A DNA stretch of 32,000 nucleotides from Telmatocola sphagniphila (GCF_018398935.1 NZ_CP074694.1:2130001-2162000), one strand, 5' to 3'. Shown: positions 1 to 9,715, counted from the stretch's first letter. Numbers and translations: made by a program. The notes: generated by a model from the letters alone, not told the origin.

Positions 1-4
1 TAAT

Positions 5-364
5 CTATTTCAGCCGCTGCGAAAACCAGTGATTGGGTGGAAAATTTTCAGATTCCAGCAACCAGTACTTTTCATCTAAGGACCAAGAAGCCGCGATTCG
101 ACGAGCGGTTTCAACTATCCTCGGTGTTAATTCTCGGGGCGGTAATCTCCAACGACGCAGTTGTTCTCCGAAAGCTAATCGAAGGGAAGTTTCGGCATTC
201 GTTGGATTTGTATCCCACAGTTCGGAAGGCGTCGGGACAGTCGAGAATAGGTTTCCCGAGCCATTTCCTCGACCGCAGAACCAATCCCTCTGCTCGGCTG
301 TCCAGGGCTCCTTCCAGTTAATTCGTTCTCGATGAATCGGCTCGCTTTCCCGGCGGAATTCCAA
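5..364 (-). CDS. hypothetical protein (weak call)
   Basis: 119-codon ORF, Trp/Arg-rich, with no motif I recognise. Two + strand ORFs of similar length overlap it, so the frame choice is uncertain. Confidence 0.25.
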   Translation of the reverse strand: MEFRRESEPIHRERINWKEPWTAEQRDWFCGRGNGSGNLFSTVPTPSELWDTNPTNAETSLRLAFGEQLRRWRLPPRELTPRIVETARRIAASWSLDEKYWLLESENFPPNHWFSQRLK

Positions 365-552
365 TTCCAGAAGTATTCGATCAAATGCAAATCACTCGGA
401 GCTATCCCCCCATTCGTAGCGGCCGGGTAGGCTGCGATTCCCGATCTTCGATAATCCGCACAATCACGCGGAGCTCATGCGAAATGACTGCAAAGACGCC
501 GGAGAACATCCAAAGCTGTGCTTGGTGATAGACCGCCGTCCAGAGAGGAAAG

Positions 553-753
553 TCATGAGGCAAATAACGTCACGGACATCCCGTTTTCACAACGTAACGC
601 ATCGCGGTAAACAGATCCCGCTTCGGATAACCGCGTTACGGAGCAACTTTCCGCTTCAGCGTGAAAAAATGGGACTAAAAGCTGCCCTTCGGCATCCGAT
701 ACATCGCTCGGATAAGACTTCCTTGTGGTTTCCATGGACCTAAAATGCCACAA
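553..753 (-). pseudogene. possible out-of-frame continuation of the decayed LRR-like gene at 790..1230
   Basis: The translation contains SDVSDAEG and SVTRLSEAG about 24 residues apart. This resembles the xVTDAGL motif and period of planctomycete leucine-rich repeats, but it sits in a different frame from 790..1230. Confidence 0.2.
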
Positions 754-789
754 ATACTACACATAAGTCAATAACAGGCTCTAAGCATA

Positions 790-1230
790 TCAAAAAGGTA
801 TGGAGCCATTTGGAATGTATGCCTGCGAAGTCCTGATTGAGGTCGCAGATGATGAAGTTCTAGGTTTGATCGATGCCGTTCTCTCCGAAATCTCGGATGA
901 GATCAAAAGAACCCGTAAGGGGCAGGTCTGGGACTTGTGGATCCAGGCTCGACTGTTCCACATAGCGGTTGAGAAGCAATCGCCAGCAAGGCTCAGGCCG
1001 AGTGCGCTCAGGTTGTTTAGCCCACCCAGTCCCTTCAAATCCGAATCAGTCACTTCTCCCGGCAAAGAGACCAAGACAACAGGCTTGCCGAGTTGTTTTT
1101 CGTTACGAATGACTTTGCCGCCGATTTTTACGACAAATGAAGCGGATTTATCTTCGGCTTCATCGGCCCGTAAAAGCGACGCTGAGGCGACAGTCCACCA
1201 GACCACGAAACAGAGGATCTGTCGCAACAT
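790..1230 (-). CDS. secreted LRR-like protein, probably truncated or decayed
   Basis: The N-terminus MLRQILCFVVWWTVASASLLRA looks like a signal peptide. It is followed by GEVTDSDLKGLGGLNNLSALGLSL, an LRR-like unit. The rest of the frame loses repeat character and becomes Ser/Thr/Arg-rich. Confidence 0.4.
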   Translation of the reverse strand: MLRQILCFVVWWTVASASLLRADEAEDKSASFVVKIGGKVIRNEKQLGKPVVLVSLPGEVTDSDLKGLGGLNNLSALGLSLAGDCFSTAMWNSRAWIHKSQTCPLRVLLISSEISERTASIKPRTSSSATSIRTSQAYIPNGSIPF

Positions 1231-1379
1231 TGATATTCTCCGGTCGGAACTGATACAAGGCGTTGGGTAAAATCGGACAGGAAGTAATAGTCTACTTGCT
1301 TCTCAATCGACATCCAGGCTATGCTGAGAAAAAGTGCTCCGGTCAATAAGGCAGAGCATTTACTCCCACTGCAGTCGGC

Positions 1380-1389
1380 GTGTCGGACC
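1380..1389 (+). repeat. dispersed motif copy A: GTGTCGGACC
   Basis: Exact 10-mer, intergenic, 119 nt upstream of the + gene at 1508. It is followed by GAGGTAGGTAG. Confidence 0.9.
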
Positions 1390-1507
1390 GAGGTAGGTAG
1401 CTGCCTAAATGAAATTCAATGCTAGGATATTCTAGTAGTGAGCAATCAGGTTTCATCGCAGGAGCGTTCTCAGTTACCTTCTTGTTGCCTACGCCTCCGA
1501 AGCGGAA

Positions 1508-1900
1508 ATGATCGCATCATCCGCTGAGCCTGAGACGACCTGGGACGGCTTCTTTTGCCGTGGTCTGGATCGGCTCAAACTTGCAACCCTTTGGGCGTTG
1601 GCCGAAGCGGGCTCGGAGGATGATAGACTCGAACAGCGGCTCGACGCTATACGGACGATCCCAAATGGCGATCGAGGTCCGTGGGTAGATATCGTACCAC
1701 CGAAAATGTTGGCCACACTCGCGGCAATCGCCATGATGGATGATAACGAGCAAGCATCTCTTGGGGAGAGTTGGGCCCAAACTGAAGAATTGGAAGGGTG
1801 GGAAGCAACTGATGTTTTCAACTTGGTGCGGGATATCGGCGACACCGCTGATGCCGCGCGGCTTGAAAACAAGACGCTGCTCCTTTGGACCAGTCTATAA
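1508..1900 (+). CDS. hypothetical protein
   Basis: 130-aa acidic ORF with a protein-like composition (…LEGWEATDVFNLVRDIGDTADAARLENKTLLLWTSL). The competing antisense ORF 1489..1872 is Ser/Ala low-complexity. Confidence 0.5.
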   Translation: MIASSAEPETTWDGFFCRGLDRLKLATLWALAEAGSEDDRLEQRLDAIRTIPNGDRGPWVDIVPPKMLATLAAIAMMDDNEQASLGESWAQTEELEGWEATDVFNLVRDIGDTADAARLENKTLLLWTSL

Positions 1901-2167
1901 GGCGGTCGTATTCAGAGAATCGCTGTGTGATCCAGAATCACCGACACCGATTGTCGGAAGAACTCAACACGGTGTATCGGACCGGCGCGTGCATAACCCG
2001 ATTTCTATGTGTGGGAGAAACCCGCTTGCACGAAAAGAGAAGCTACCGATAATGTAGTAGAAAAAGTAAACCAAAAATCAAAAAACTTCAGCCCCGACCG
2101 TTGTATCGTTCTATTGAGGCCTCTCCGGTTAATTGATCTTTTGGCGTCGAACGTAGAAGGGAGCAAG

Positions 2168-2590
2168 GTGGCAAAATTTCGATTGACTCGAATCGAACCT
2201 CCAGATTGGGCAACTCAGCCGGAACTCAATATCGCCGGAGTAACGATCGCTGAATATTCGGCAATCCAAGGTCATCGGGATAAGCTCCTAAATACTGTCC
2301 ACCGGGAGGTCGAGAGATACCTCAACACTATAGGCATGTACAGTGAGGGTAAGAGTTTTCCGGACCGCTTGCGGATGACCGGAGCCTATTACATTGGTAA
2401 CGAGTCTTATATTGCTCATCGTGATCCAGCGTGGTTCCAGATCAGTATAAGGTGTCATTGTCTGGAACGCCCAAAGGCGGGGGTAGACCGCGATGATGAT
2501 TATTTGGGTTTGGAAATATGGCTAAAGTGCCTGCCAGGAAAGTGGTCGTTTTTCGAAGTTTTCCGCAATACTGACTCCTCGTCCATTTGA
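2168..2590 (+). CDS. hypothetical protein
   Basis: Lies in the frame of ORF 2009..2590. A GTG at 2168 is preceded by a purine-rich gaagggagcaag. The maximal ORF start at 2009 gives an implausible Lys/Asn-rich leader. No motif recognised. Confidence 0.5.
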   Translation: MAKFRLTRIEPPDWATQPELNIAGVTIAEYSAIQGHRDKLLNTVHREVERYLNTIGMYSEGKSFPDRLRMTGAYYIGNESYIAHRDPAWFQISIRCHCLERPKAGVDRDDDYLGLEIWLKCLPGKWSFFEVFRNTDSSSI

Positions 2591-2760
2591 ACATCTTTCA
2601 GCTTCAAGGGTGGCCTATTGTACTTATTTCATTGTGAGTCACCGTTCAAGAAGCTATGGACTCCACGGAGCCCGAAAATAAGTATCAAAAGTGATAGTGG
2701 CGGCTGAGATTTTCCTCGCGGCCTATACTTACTCACATCAGCTCATGTGGAAAATAAAGG

Positions 2761-3897
2761 TCATTTGATCTGCTTGAGAGCAGACTTTACTAACTTGATG
2801 GCGTCGCTGGAATATAAAATTTTGTATTTGATTGCCTCTTCGAGTATCTTCTTAACCTCTTTCACGCTGGGGCCAATGCTGGCCAGAGCCAGTGCGGCGG
2901 CCTTCTGGAGTTCAATCACGACCGGATCTTCTTCAATTATGGCAGCAAGGGTGTATACGGCGGGTGCGGCGGATTGTTCCAGTTTGGTGATCACATAACA
3001 GATTTGCTCTCGAATCTCCTCTTCCTCATCCTTACATCTCAGGCGCAGAATCATCTCCGGGAGTGCCTCCGCCGACCCAGGACGCAGCGGTATTCCGAAG
3101 TTTCGCGAGGAAGACAAAGAGAGGACGGCTCGGATCCGGATTTGCCTATCGTTGTGGTCAATTAATTTCGCCACAGCGTTTATAAAATCTGGAGGCCATT
3201 CCTTGCAATAACCAATCGCATCCAGGCACTGCTTCAGAACGTCCGAAGCTTGATCGGGTTCGCTCATGAGCTCCAGGAGAGTGGAAAGTGGAAACTTGCA
3301 GCTCGGATCCATCTGCAAAATCGCAGAAGCCGCGTAAGGCCTGGCCAACATCGGCAAGAAAGGGTAACTTTGGATGAGTTTTTCGAGAGTAGCCTGTGCG
3401 CCGAAGTAGTTCCCGTTACTTGCTATCTTCACGTTCATCGAATAGCGGATGTCGATCGAAGGATCGGCAAGGTGCGCGATGAATGTATCGATGTATCCCG
3501 TGAAATCACCTGACGCCAGTCCTTCGAACGCAAGATGCCGAGTTTTTTCGTCGGGGTCATCCGCAAGTTGGTTAAGTATCTCAAGCGATTCCTTCCCCGC
3601 CATTCCCATGGCTTTCGCAGCTTGTTCTCGAACGGACTGATCCTCATTGGGATCCACGACCCGCGAAAGGAGTTTCGGTACAGCCGGAGCCGCCGCTTCC
3701 TTCAATTGTCGAAGGAGTGAAGCGCAATAAATTCGCGTGCTCCGGTCTGGAATCAACAATCCCTCGGCCAATTGGGGCACAAAATCCCGCAGGACCTGTA
3801 TGTACTTTTCCAGTTCCGCGACCACCGCCCGCTTCTTGTCATAGTCCGACGGCAGGGTGAGGAGATCTTGAACCAACTGCTCCGTGCTTTTCTTCAC
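2761..3897 (-). CDS. HEAT/armadillo-type repeat protein
   Basis: 378 aa with recurring helical repeats of about 30-40 aa: AAPAVPKLLSRVVDPNEDQSVREQAAKAMG, LADDPDEKTRHLAFEGL, LIDHNDRQIRIRAVLSL and AAPAVYTLAAIIEEDPVVIELQKAAALAL. These are typical of PBS-lyase/HEAT repeats. Confidence 0.85.
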   Translation of the reverse strand: MKKSTEQLVQDLLTLPSDYDKKRAVVAELEKYIQVLRDFVPQLAEGLLIPDRSTRIYCASLLRQLKEAAAPAVPKLLSRVVDPNEDQSVREQAAKAMGMAGKESLEILNQLADDPDEKTRHLAFEGLASGDFTGYIDTFIAHLADPSIDIRYSMNVKIASNGNYFGAQATLEKLIQSYPFLPMLARPYAASAILQMDPSCKFPLSTLLELMSEPDQASDVLKQCLDAIGYCKEWPPDFINAVAKLIDHNDRQIRIRAVLSLSSSRNFGIPLRPGSAEALPEMILRLRCKDEEEEIREQICYVITKLEQSAAPAVYTLAAIIEEDPVVIELQKAAALALASIGPSVKEVKKILEEAIKYKILYSSDAIKLVKSALKQIK

Positions 3898-4147
3898 GTC
3901 CTATTCTCCCTCACATGGGCTAATGAAAACGTCGATTGAAAAGGCTTCGGTCACATCGACCCGGTTCGTTGGGCCGATTGAAGGCCGCCTATCGAACCTC
4001 AGCGTGCGAAACCATTTGAAGTAGTTTAACTCCGTTCTTTTCCCTGTTTTTCTAATGTGGAATCCAGTCAGTTCCAATGGCAAATAGTTTATATTCAATG
4101 TAATCTGATATTTATGGCCAGATTGAACCAAGGAGTGTGGGTTAGCC

Positions 4148-5182
4148 ATGGTGATTAGACATCTACTCTTGATAGCTGGATTTGCTCTTACGTTGGCCCT
4201 TTTTGGATTGCTGGGATGCGCTCGACCCGATCCTAAGCCAGTTGGACTACGAACGTGTCTTGACGGCCATTCCAGGCCGAGCAGAGTGGTGTTTAGCCCC
4301 GAAGGACGAATCCTAGCAGTTGGTTCGGAAGAGGAGTACGTTCGACTTTGGGATCTCGAAACGGGGCAAGTGCTTTTTCGACTGGTAAACGCGGTTAATG
4401 TGAAAGCGTTGGTTTTTAGTCCGGACGGAAACACCCTCGCTACAGCCTGCCAAGAGCCGATCATCCGATTTTGGGATACTAAGACTGGCCAGGAAAAGAC
4501 TTCCTATCGCGACGATATCGGTAAAGTGTCACTTCTCGCGTACAGTCCCGACGGAACCACTCTGGCGTCCTGGTCGGATCTGCAGATTGGTGTTCAACGA
4601 ATCCTGTTATTGAATGTCGCCTCCGGAACGCGGAAGGCACCTTTAAGCCCACCTCCAACGGCCAACTTCTTCCATTCGATCGGTTTTAGCCGCGACGGCC
4701 AAACCCTCGCAGTGACCCATGGCAAACCCAATGGAGTCGACCTCTGGAACCTCAAAACTCGGCGCGAGCAATTCGTGGCCGTCGGTCCGACCGATGCCAA
4801 GATCGACGATGGGTCGGTAGGAGAAGTCTTTTTTTGTTCCGATGGCCGGAGGCTGGCCTTCTATCATGAGGAAACCGCGATCCGCCTCTGGGATTTGGAT
4901 AAGCAGAAAGAGCAATCTTCGTTTCCAGTGGCCAATAAAGCCAAGTTCCCAACCGCAACTTTGCGAGCGGACGGCAAACTCGCGGCAATCGGAGACGGAA
5001 GAGGGATAATATCTCTCTGGAATACCGAAACGGGCGAGAAAGTGACCGAAATTCAGGCAAGTCGACACCACGTTCCATTCGCTTACTTTAGTCCCGATGG
5101 CCGAACGATGGCCACGCGGGATATACTGGAGTCTGCCGTCAAGATCTGGGATGTTCCGACCCTTCTTGAACAGTCAAAGTGA
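4148..5182 (+). CDS. WD40-repeat lipoprotein
   Basis: Signal peptide with a lipobox (…LFGLLGC ARPD). At least six units have the form FSPDG.TLA……(R/K)(L/F/I)WD…G, for example VVFSPEGRILAVGSEEEYVRLWDLETGQ and LVFSPDGNTLATACQEPIIRFWDTKTGQ. Confidence 0.9.
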   Translation: MVIRHLLLIAGFALTLALFGLLGCARPDPKPVGLRTCLDGHSRPSRVVFSPEGRILAVGSEEEYVRLWDLETGQVLFRLVNAVNVKALVFSPDGNTLATACQEPIIRFWDTKTGQEKTSYRDDIGKVSLLAYSPDGTTLASWSDLQIGVQRILLLNVASGTRKAPLSPPPTANFFHSIGFSRDGQTLAVTHGKPNGVDLWNLKTRREQFVAVGPTDAKIDDGSVGEVFFCSDGRRLAFYHEETAIRLWDLDKQKEQSSFPVANKAKFPTATLRADGKLAAIGDGRGIISLWNTETGEKVTEIQASRHHVPFAYFSPDGRTMATRDILESAVKIWDVPTLLEQSK

Positions 5183-5218
5183 GATCCGAGTTTTCCATCA
5201 GCAGGTTACTAACGCAGC

Positions 5219-5228
5219 GTGTCGGACC
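5219..5228 (+). repeat. dispersed motif copy B: GTGTCGGACC
   Basis: Exact 10-mer, 37 nt after the stop of the + WD40 gene. It shares the 17-mer GCGTGTCGGACCGCCGT with copy E. Confidence 0.9.
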
Positions 5229-5502
5229 GCCGTGCGCAAGGCTAGGCCCGACCACCTACTTTCACGAACTCCGACACCTTGCTGACGGCTGTCTCATCAA
5301 GCAGACCTGCCCTCCAGAAACCCCGTCCCCAGGTGCCAGCCCCGCCGACTCCCAGCGCCGGCTCGAACGACAGCAGGGTGGCTGACCGACTCTTGAGCCG
5401 CCCGACTCGTTGGTGGAGATTCACTAACGGGCAACTTAGGACCATCTGAACCCACACCGAATCGACCGCGACGGCTGCTCCCGGGTGCCGCCCGCGATCC
5501 GT

Positions 5503-5787
5503 TCAGCATTGGCTTACTTGCGTAACTCCCCTACCAACCGCCCAGAGGTTGCGGTGGTCAGCGAGACGTGGCCAACGGGCGACGGGCGACTTTGCCCAGT
5601 GCGTCGGTAGTGGCTCGGAAAAGGCGACCGACCCGTTCGCGGCTTTTACCCGTGCATAGAGGTCGGCCAATTCTCGCCAGTCCCCCCGTTCGTCGGAGGG
5701 CGGCGAAGCCAGGAAGGTGGTCCAGACGACATGCCACCATTCAACTTCGTCTACCCCCAACCATCCCGACCTCCGCCCCTCAGACAC
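5503..5787 (-). CDS. hypothetical protein (weak call)
   Basis: 94-aa ORF in a visibly GC-rich block. The composition is protein-like (EWWHVVWTTFLASPPSDERGDWRELADLYARVKAANG) but there is no recognised motif. Confidence 0.3.
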   Translation of the reverse strand: MSEGRRSGWLGVDEVEWWHVVWTTFLASPPSDERGDWRELADLYARVKAANGSVAFSEPLPTHWAKSPVARWPRLADHRNLWAVGRGVTQVSQC

Positions 5788-6451
5788 AAGATCACTTACT
5801 TTGGCGATGCCGGTACAACGATACGACGCTGAAATCTGTCGGTGCTTCCAAACTCAAGCCCAAAGCCTGGGAAGGCTCCAAGTTCACAAATAATAAATAG
5901 ATGATTACTGACGAGCAACTGAATATCGTGGATAGAGCTTCATCTCTAGAACGATTTTCCCCGCTCCGGTCACATAGGCCGGGCAGAGTTCGTGTCCCGG
6001 CAACTGACATCAGCCAGGGCCTCACCAGATTCTTCCATAAGCGGATGCAACTCAGCTCCTCTCTCTGGATATTGGCCGACCTTCGATGCAGGCCGATCTG
6101 GTTTCGAATCGCTCCCTACTTCAACGGCACCCGGGGGGCGTTCACACTCCAGGGGGCCGACTTCGCGCTCAAAGATCCGCAAGCCCTCGAGCTCGAGCCG
6201 GCGATCCTTCCGCAGGAGAGCGGGCGGTATTTTCTGATCGGGGAAGGTGAAGTCGAGGTTTTGATCAGAAGAAATCGGGTGGCAGGAAAACGGGCGGACA
6301 CTTACTTATGCGAGAGAATGTGAGCGAACAAATATAAATTAAATATAATTTTCTATCTCTAATACCACGGTTTCGTAAAATATGAGAGACTGATGAGTAA
6401 GCCTTCCACAACATGTATTCATCCGCCCATCATTTGGTAAGGGGGATATGC

Positions 6452-6790
6452 ATGCCTAGTGATCAGTACGGGTATATTCGAGAACAAATTGGGTTGGCTA
6501 CTAAGAGACTTAGGGCACCTCACCAAGATGAAAATGAAGCGTTTTCTGACGCTTTTCGGAACTGTCTTCACATGTTCAAAGAAATCGTCTTCAAACGGAT
6601 TGAAATCGCGGAACCTAATGCTATCAGATGCTTAAGAGTGATCCAGAATGGCATACACTTTGGTGTTTTAACTGCTTCAAATGGCGAAAGCGCGGGATAT
6701 CAAAAATCTAAAAGCATGTCCTTCGATCAAAAAAAAGTGTTTGCCGATGCAGTGTGGGAAATTAATAATTTTTTCGAGACACTCGAATGA
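6452..6790 (+). CDS. hypothetical protein in AT-rich island
   Basis: An ATG at 6452 lies 5 nt after the SD-like taagggggat. The 112-aa product is helical-looking (…FSDAFRNCLHMFKEIVFKRIEIAEPNAIRCLRVIQNG…). It is the only convincing ORF across about 1.6 kb of AT-rich DNA. Confidence 0.5.
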   Translation: MPSDQYGYIREQIGLATKRLRAPHQDENEAFSDAFRNCLHMFKEIVFKRIEIAEPNAIRCLRVIQNGIHFGVLTASNGESAGYQKSKSMSFDQKKVFADAVWEINNFFETLE

Positions 6791-7144
6791 AATTCCATCC
6801 TGCTGGACGATTGATTTCCAATTTGATTTTGTAAGGTTATATCAAATATTGCGAGCAGCTTCGTTCAAGGTCATACATGTCATAAAAGCATTTAATATGA
6901 TTAAAATAAATTACGTTATATCTACATGATTTTGAGTGACTTGTTAATCACCAATCCATATCTTCGCCCAAACACGTTCCTTTGCTACCGCTCATATGAA
7001 AACAAGGACCTTTGCCTTAGTCCTTGATCATTAAGTTCCTCGACCATAGACAGATCGGTTTTGCAAATAAAATTTCCTCTCTAGACCTTGCTTACCCATA
7101 AGAAGACCGAGCTTTCGTTTAGATGCCTTAAAATCTGTTTATCT

Positions 7145-7489
7145 TCACAAGGATCTTAGTATTATCCGCAGCTGATCCTGCGTCAGAGCGAACAACAAGT
7201 TCTTCGGCCACTTCCCACTTAGAAATGATTGTCCTGGTATTTCTGGACCTGAGCACACGAGTTGATCAGCAGAAATCACTACGGAGTCCTCGGATGAGTC
7301 AAGTTCTGGTTTGGATGATATTGCATCGAGAGAGACCTTGGATACTTCATTATTGGGATTTTGAATCGGAACTCTGGAAGTAGTATACCTTTGCTTCCGA
7401 GCAAGAGGCGCAAGCTTGGATGGACGGGCCTGGAGTAGAGGTTTTTCGCGAGCGGAATTTGCTAAGAGAAGATTATCGCGTCGAACAAG
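7145..7489 (-). other. 114-codon stop-free frame lacking any ATG/GTG/TTG start near its 5' end (possible gene remnant)
   Basis: My manual translation of the minus strand gives LVRRDNLLLANSAREKPLLQARPSK…GKWPKNLLFALTQDQLRIILRSL followed by TGA. The frame is absent from the ORF track because it has no early start codon. An open frame this long is unusual in AT-rich DNA. Confidence 0.2.
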
Positions 7490-7515
7490 TCAGCCTTAAA
7501 GTAGACGAATAAAAT

Positions 7516-7543
7516 AAGGGGCCGAGATCCCTCTTAGCCCCTT
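7516..7543 (-). terminator. putative intrinsic terminator (minus-strand sense)
   Basis: Inverted repeat aaggggc(7516-7522)/gcccctt(7537-7543), with an inner gag/ctc pairing. On the minus strand it is followed by ATTTTATT. Confidence 0.4.
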
Positions 7544-7973
7544 CCCGTAACCAGCCCTGGACCGACGGGCGAAAGTGGCTGCAATCCTAGTTGAACCTGT
7601 TCAGTAAAATTGCCAAGAGGATGTCTGATTTCCCTGCCTCCAAAAGTAATTTAAAGTGGATGGCATGTACTCAGACTTTTGTAGCGGAACGTATGGACCT
7701 TGATTGCCTCAAACTACTGTTGCAGCGGATAGAACGGTCGAAATTGCAGAATTATCAGAACTTGCAGGTCGGTCGGAACAAGAGGTCGCAGACCTACAGT
7801 CCCTTTCCAACCTGCGGTTACTTACTCCCTCTCAGGTGGCAAAATTCGTTGCAAATAATTCCAAAGATGCAAAAATCGACTGCTATTTTGCAACTACAGC
7901 AACGAATTTATCCAAATGATAGGGAATAAGTCCTGCACTTCGTATCAGACTTTTAACTTTATCCTAATCGCAT

Positions 7974-9230
7974 TCAATGATGAACTAAATTCAGCCACCC
8001 TATGCCGATGAAAATGGACAAAATTGTGACCGGGACGCCCGCTCGGCAATACTCCAAAATACTGATGGAAATTCCCTCTTTTCGTGCAATTTCCACAACA
8101 ATCAGATTGGCGATAGAGCCTAAGATCGTCAGATTACCAGCCAGCGTACTCGACATGGCCAATGCTAACCATGCTGTTTCCTGCATTTCGGAAGGTAGAG
8201 TGGGGATGATCGGCTTAAAGAGTAACACGGCAGGGACATTGCTGACGAGATTCGAAAGCAGCGCGGAGATCGCGCTTAAAAAGCTTATGGGGTAATCCCG
8301 CAGAAACTTCCAATTTTCTACCCCGGCATGGCTGAGAATTCGAATATCGAAAACGTGTACTACCACGAAAAGGCCCGCAAAAAGCAATAATAGCGACCAA
8401 TCGATTCGGTCGTAGATTTTCTTGGGTTTGATTCGGCCCAAAAACAGAACCGCTGCCGCACTCAAAGCGACGATTGACATCGATACGCCTGCGAAGAACA
8501 AAACAACCGCGCTCACAGTCACCGATAGGCTTTTGATTAATAAAAATCGTCGAGCGAAATGCATCGGTTTCGAAGGTGTGTTTTCCTTTTTATCTTCAGT
8601 AGTTTCGGCCCCGGAGCTTAGCGAATTCCGATAGACCAAAAGCAAAATGCCATAAGCAGCAATAAGACTGAGAATGGCGATGGGAGCGAGCTTTGCCGCG
8701 AAGTGCAGATAACTGATATGTGACAATCCGCCGATAATCATATTTTGCGGATTGCCGGTGAGGGTTGCCGTGGAACCGACATTAGAGGCAATTGCTAACC
8801 CAATCAGCTGCGGTTTCGGATCGATTCGCAACTGTCTCGTTAATTGCAACACCAATGGCGTTAAGGCGAGGCAAACCACATCATTAACCAACAACGCGGA
8901 TAGGAAACCGGAGAGCCCCATCGTAGTCGCCAAGAGAGCCTTGGGTTTTCGAAATCGGCCTAAAGCCCAACCCGCCAGAATCTCAAAGAATCCGGCTCGA
9001 TGGAGAAAGGCGACGACCGCCATCATTCCGAGTAAAAGTGCAAGGGTTGCGAAATCGATGGCTTGGATCGCTTCATCGAAATTCACAAGTCCGAAAGCCA
9101 TCATGGCGGCCGCGCCGACCCAAGCTATCCCGGCGCGGTCAATCCTTAGGCCAGGAAATTTGCCCAGTGCCAAACCGAAGTAAGTCACAGCGAAAATGAC
9201 CCAGGTCAACAAGACATTTCGGTCAAACAC
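7974..9230 (-). CDS. ArsB/NhaD-superfamily (CitMHS/SLC13-like) anion permease
   Basis: 418 aa and polytopic. It contains the diagnostic-looking stretch ASNVGSTATLTGNPQNMIIG and a C-terminal half SSTLAGNLTILGSIANLIV, the duplicated hairpin motifs of this permease superfamily. Confidence 0.85.
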   Translation of the reverse strand: MFDRNVLLTWVIFAVTYFGLALGKFPGLRIDRAGIAWVGAAAMMAFGLVNFDEAIQAIDFATLALLLGMMAVVAFLHRAGFFEILAGWALGRFRKPKALLATTMGLSGFLSALLVNDVVCLALTPLVLQLTRQLRIDPKPQLIGLAIASNVGSTATLTGNPQNMIIGGLSHISYLHFAAKLAPIAILSLIAAYGILLLVYRNSLSSGAETTEDKKENTPSKPMHFARRFLLIKSLSVTVSAVVLFFAGVSMSIVALSAAAVLFLGRIKPKKIYDRIDWSLLLLFAGLFVVVHVFDIRILSHAGVENWKFLRDYPISFLSAISALLSNLVSNVPAVLLFKPIIPTLPSEMQETAWLALAMSSTLAGNLTILGSIANLIVVEIARKEGISISILEYCRAGVPVTILSIFIGIGWLNLVHH

Positions 9231-9712
9231 GTCGCGCTACCTTTTTCATGCGATTTCGCAGAGCTTTTCGCGTTAACCTAATCTTGGGTTGAACTGGGTT
9301 AATCGAAGTTTTCGGCGCGGGGCTGGAACCTTTGATGAAGTTCTTAGTCTCCGGCATCAAGAAAAACAAGAGAGCAAAAGCCGCAGCAGCAACTCCTGAG
9401 AGAAAAAGGAAGCCCGCACTGGAGCCAAATTGATGAACGATCGAACCCGCTATAAGCTGACTCAGCGCGGCACCAATACCAACCGCCGTGGAAATCGCAC
9501 CCAAGGTGAGATTGAATCGGCCTGTACCTTGCGTGAGATCGGCGATCACCAAGACCGAAACGACTCAAAATATTCCAACCCCTAGGCCATCCAGGATTTG
9601 GATGGCGACCAGTAGAGTAGTATCATCGGCGAACGTATAGAGAACGCCGCGAACCGGCAGGACTCCGAAGGCGATCAAGAGAAGTGGTTTTCGACCCCAA
9701 GGTACAGGCGTC
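9223..9712 (-). pseudogene. MFS transporter, C-terminal third only, with an in-frame TGA
   Basis: Manual translation gives …WGRKPLLLIAFGVLPVRGVLYTFADDTTLLVAIQILDGLGVGIF*VVSVLVIADLTQGTGRFNLTLGAISTAVGIGAALSQLIAGSIV…LMPETK. The stop replaces the Gly expected in GIFG. No MFS-like sequence lies upstream of about 9712. Confidence 0.75.
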
Positions 9713-9715
9713 TCC

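Noticed and set aside
1489-1872. 127-aa minus-strand ORF antisense to 1508..1900
   Set aside because: Ser/Ala-rich low-complexity translation. The + strand frame looks more protein-like.
3901-4464. 187-aa minus-strand ORF
   Set aside because: It overlaps the start of the well-supported WD40 lipoprotein gene in antisense. Its composition is low-complexity Ser/Arg/Thr.
4790-4801. Partial matches to the dispersed motif: gtcggtccgacc at 4790, ggcggtccgatc near 15083, and ggtcggaccgggg near 24376
   Set aside because: The copy near 4790 is inside the WD40 coding sequence, and all three match only 8-10 nt imperfectly. They were not counted as motif copies.
5970-6182. RT-like string …ERGAELHPLMEE… resembling the G(L)ELHPEKT segment of group II intron RTs
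   Set aside because: Only 4-5 residues match. The upstream frame lacks YADD or any other RT block, so this is probably coincidence.
8002-9183. + strand ORFs 8002..8295, 8422..8634 and 8752..9183
   Set aside because: All are antisense shadows inside the strongly supported permease gene.
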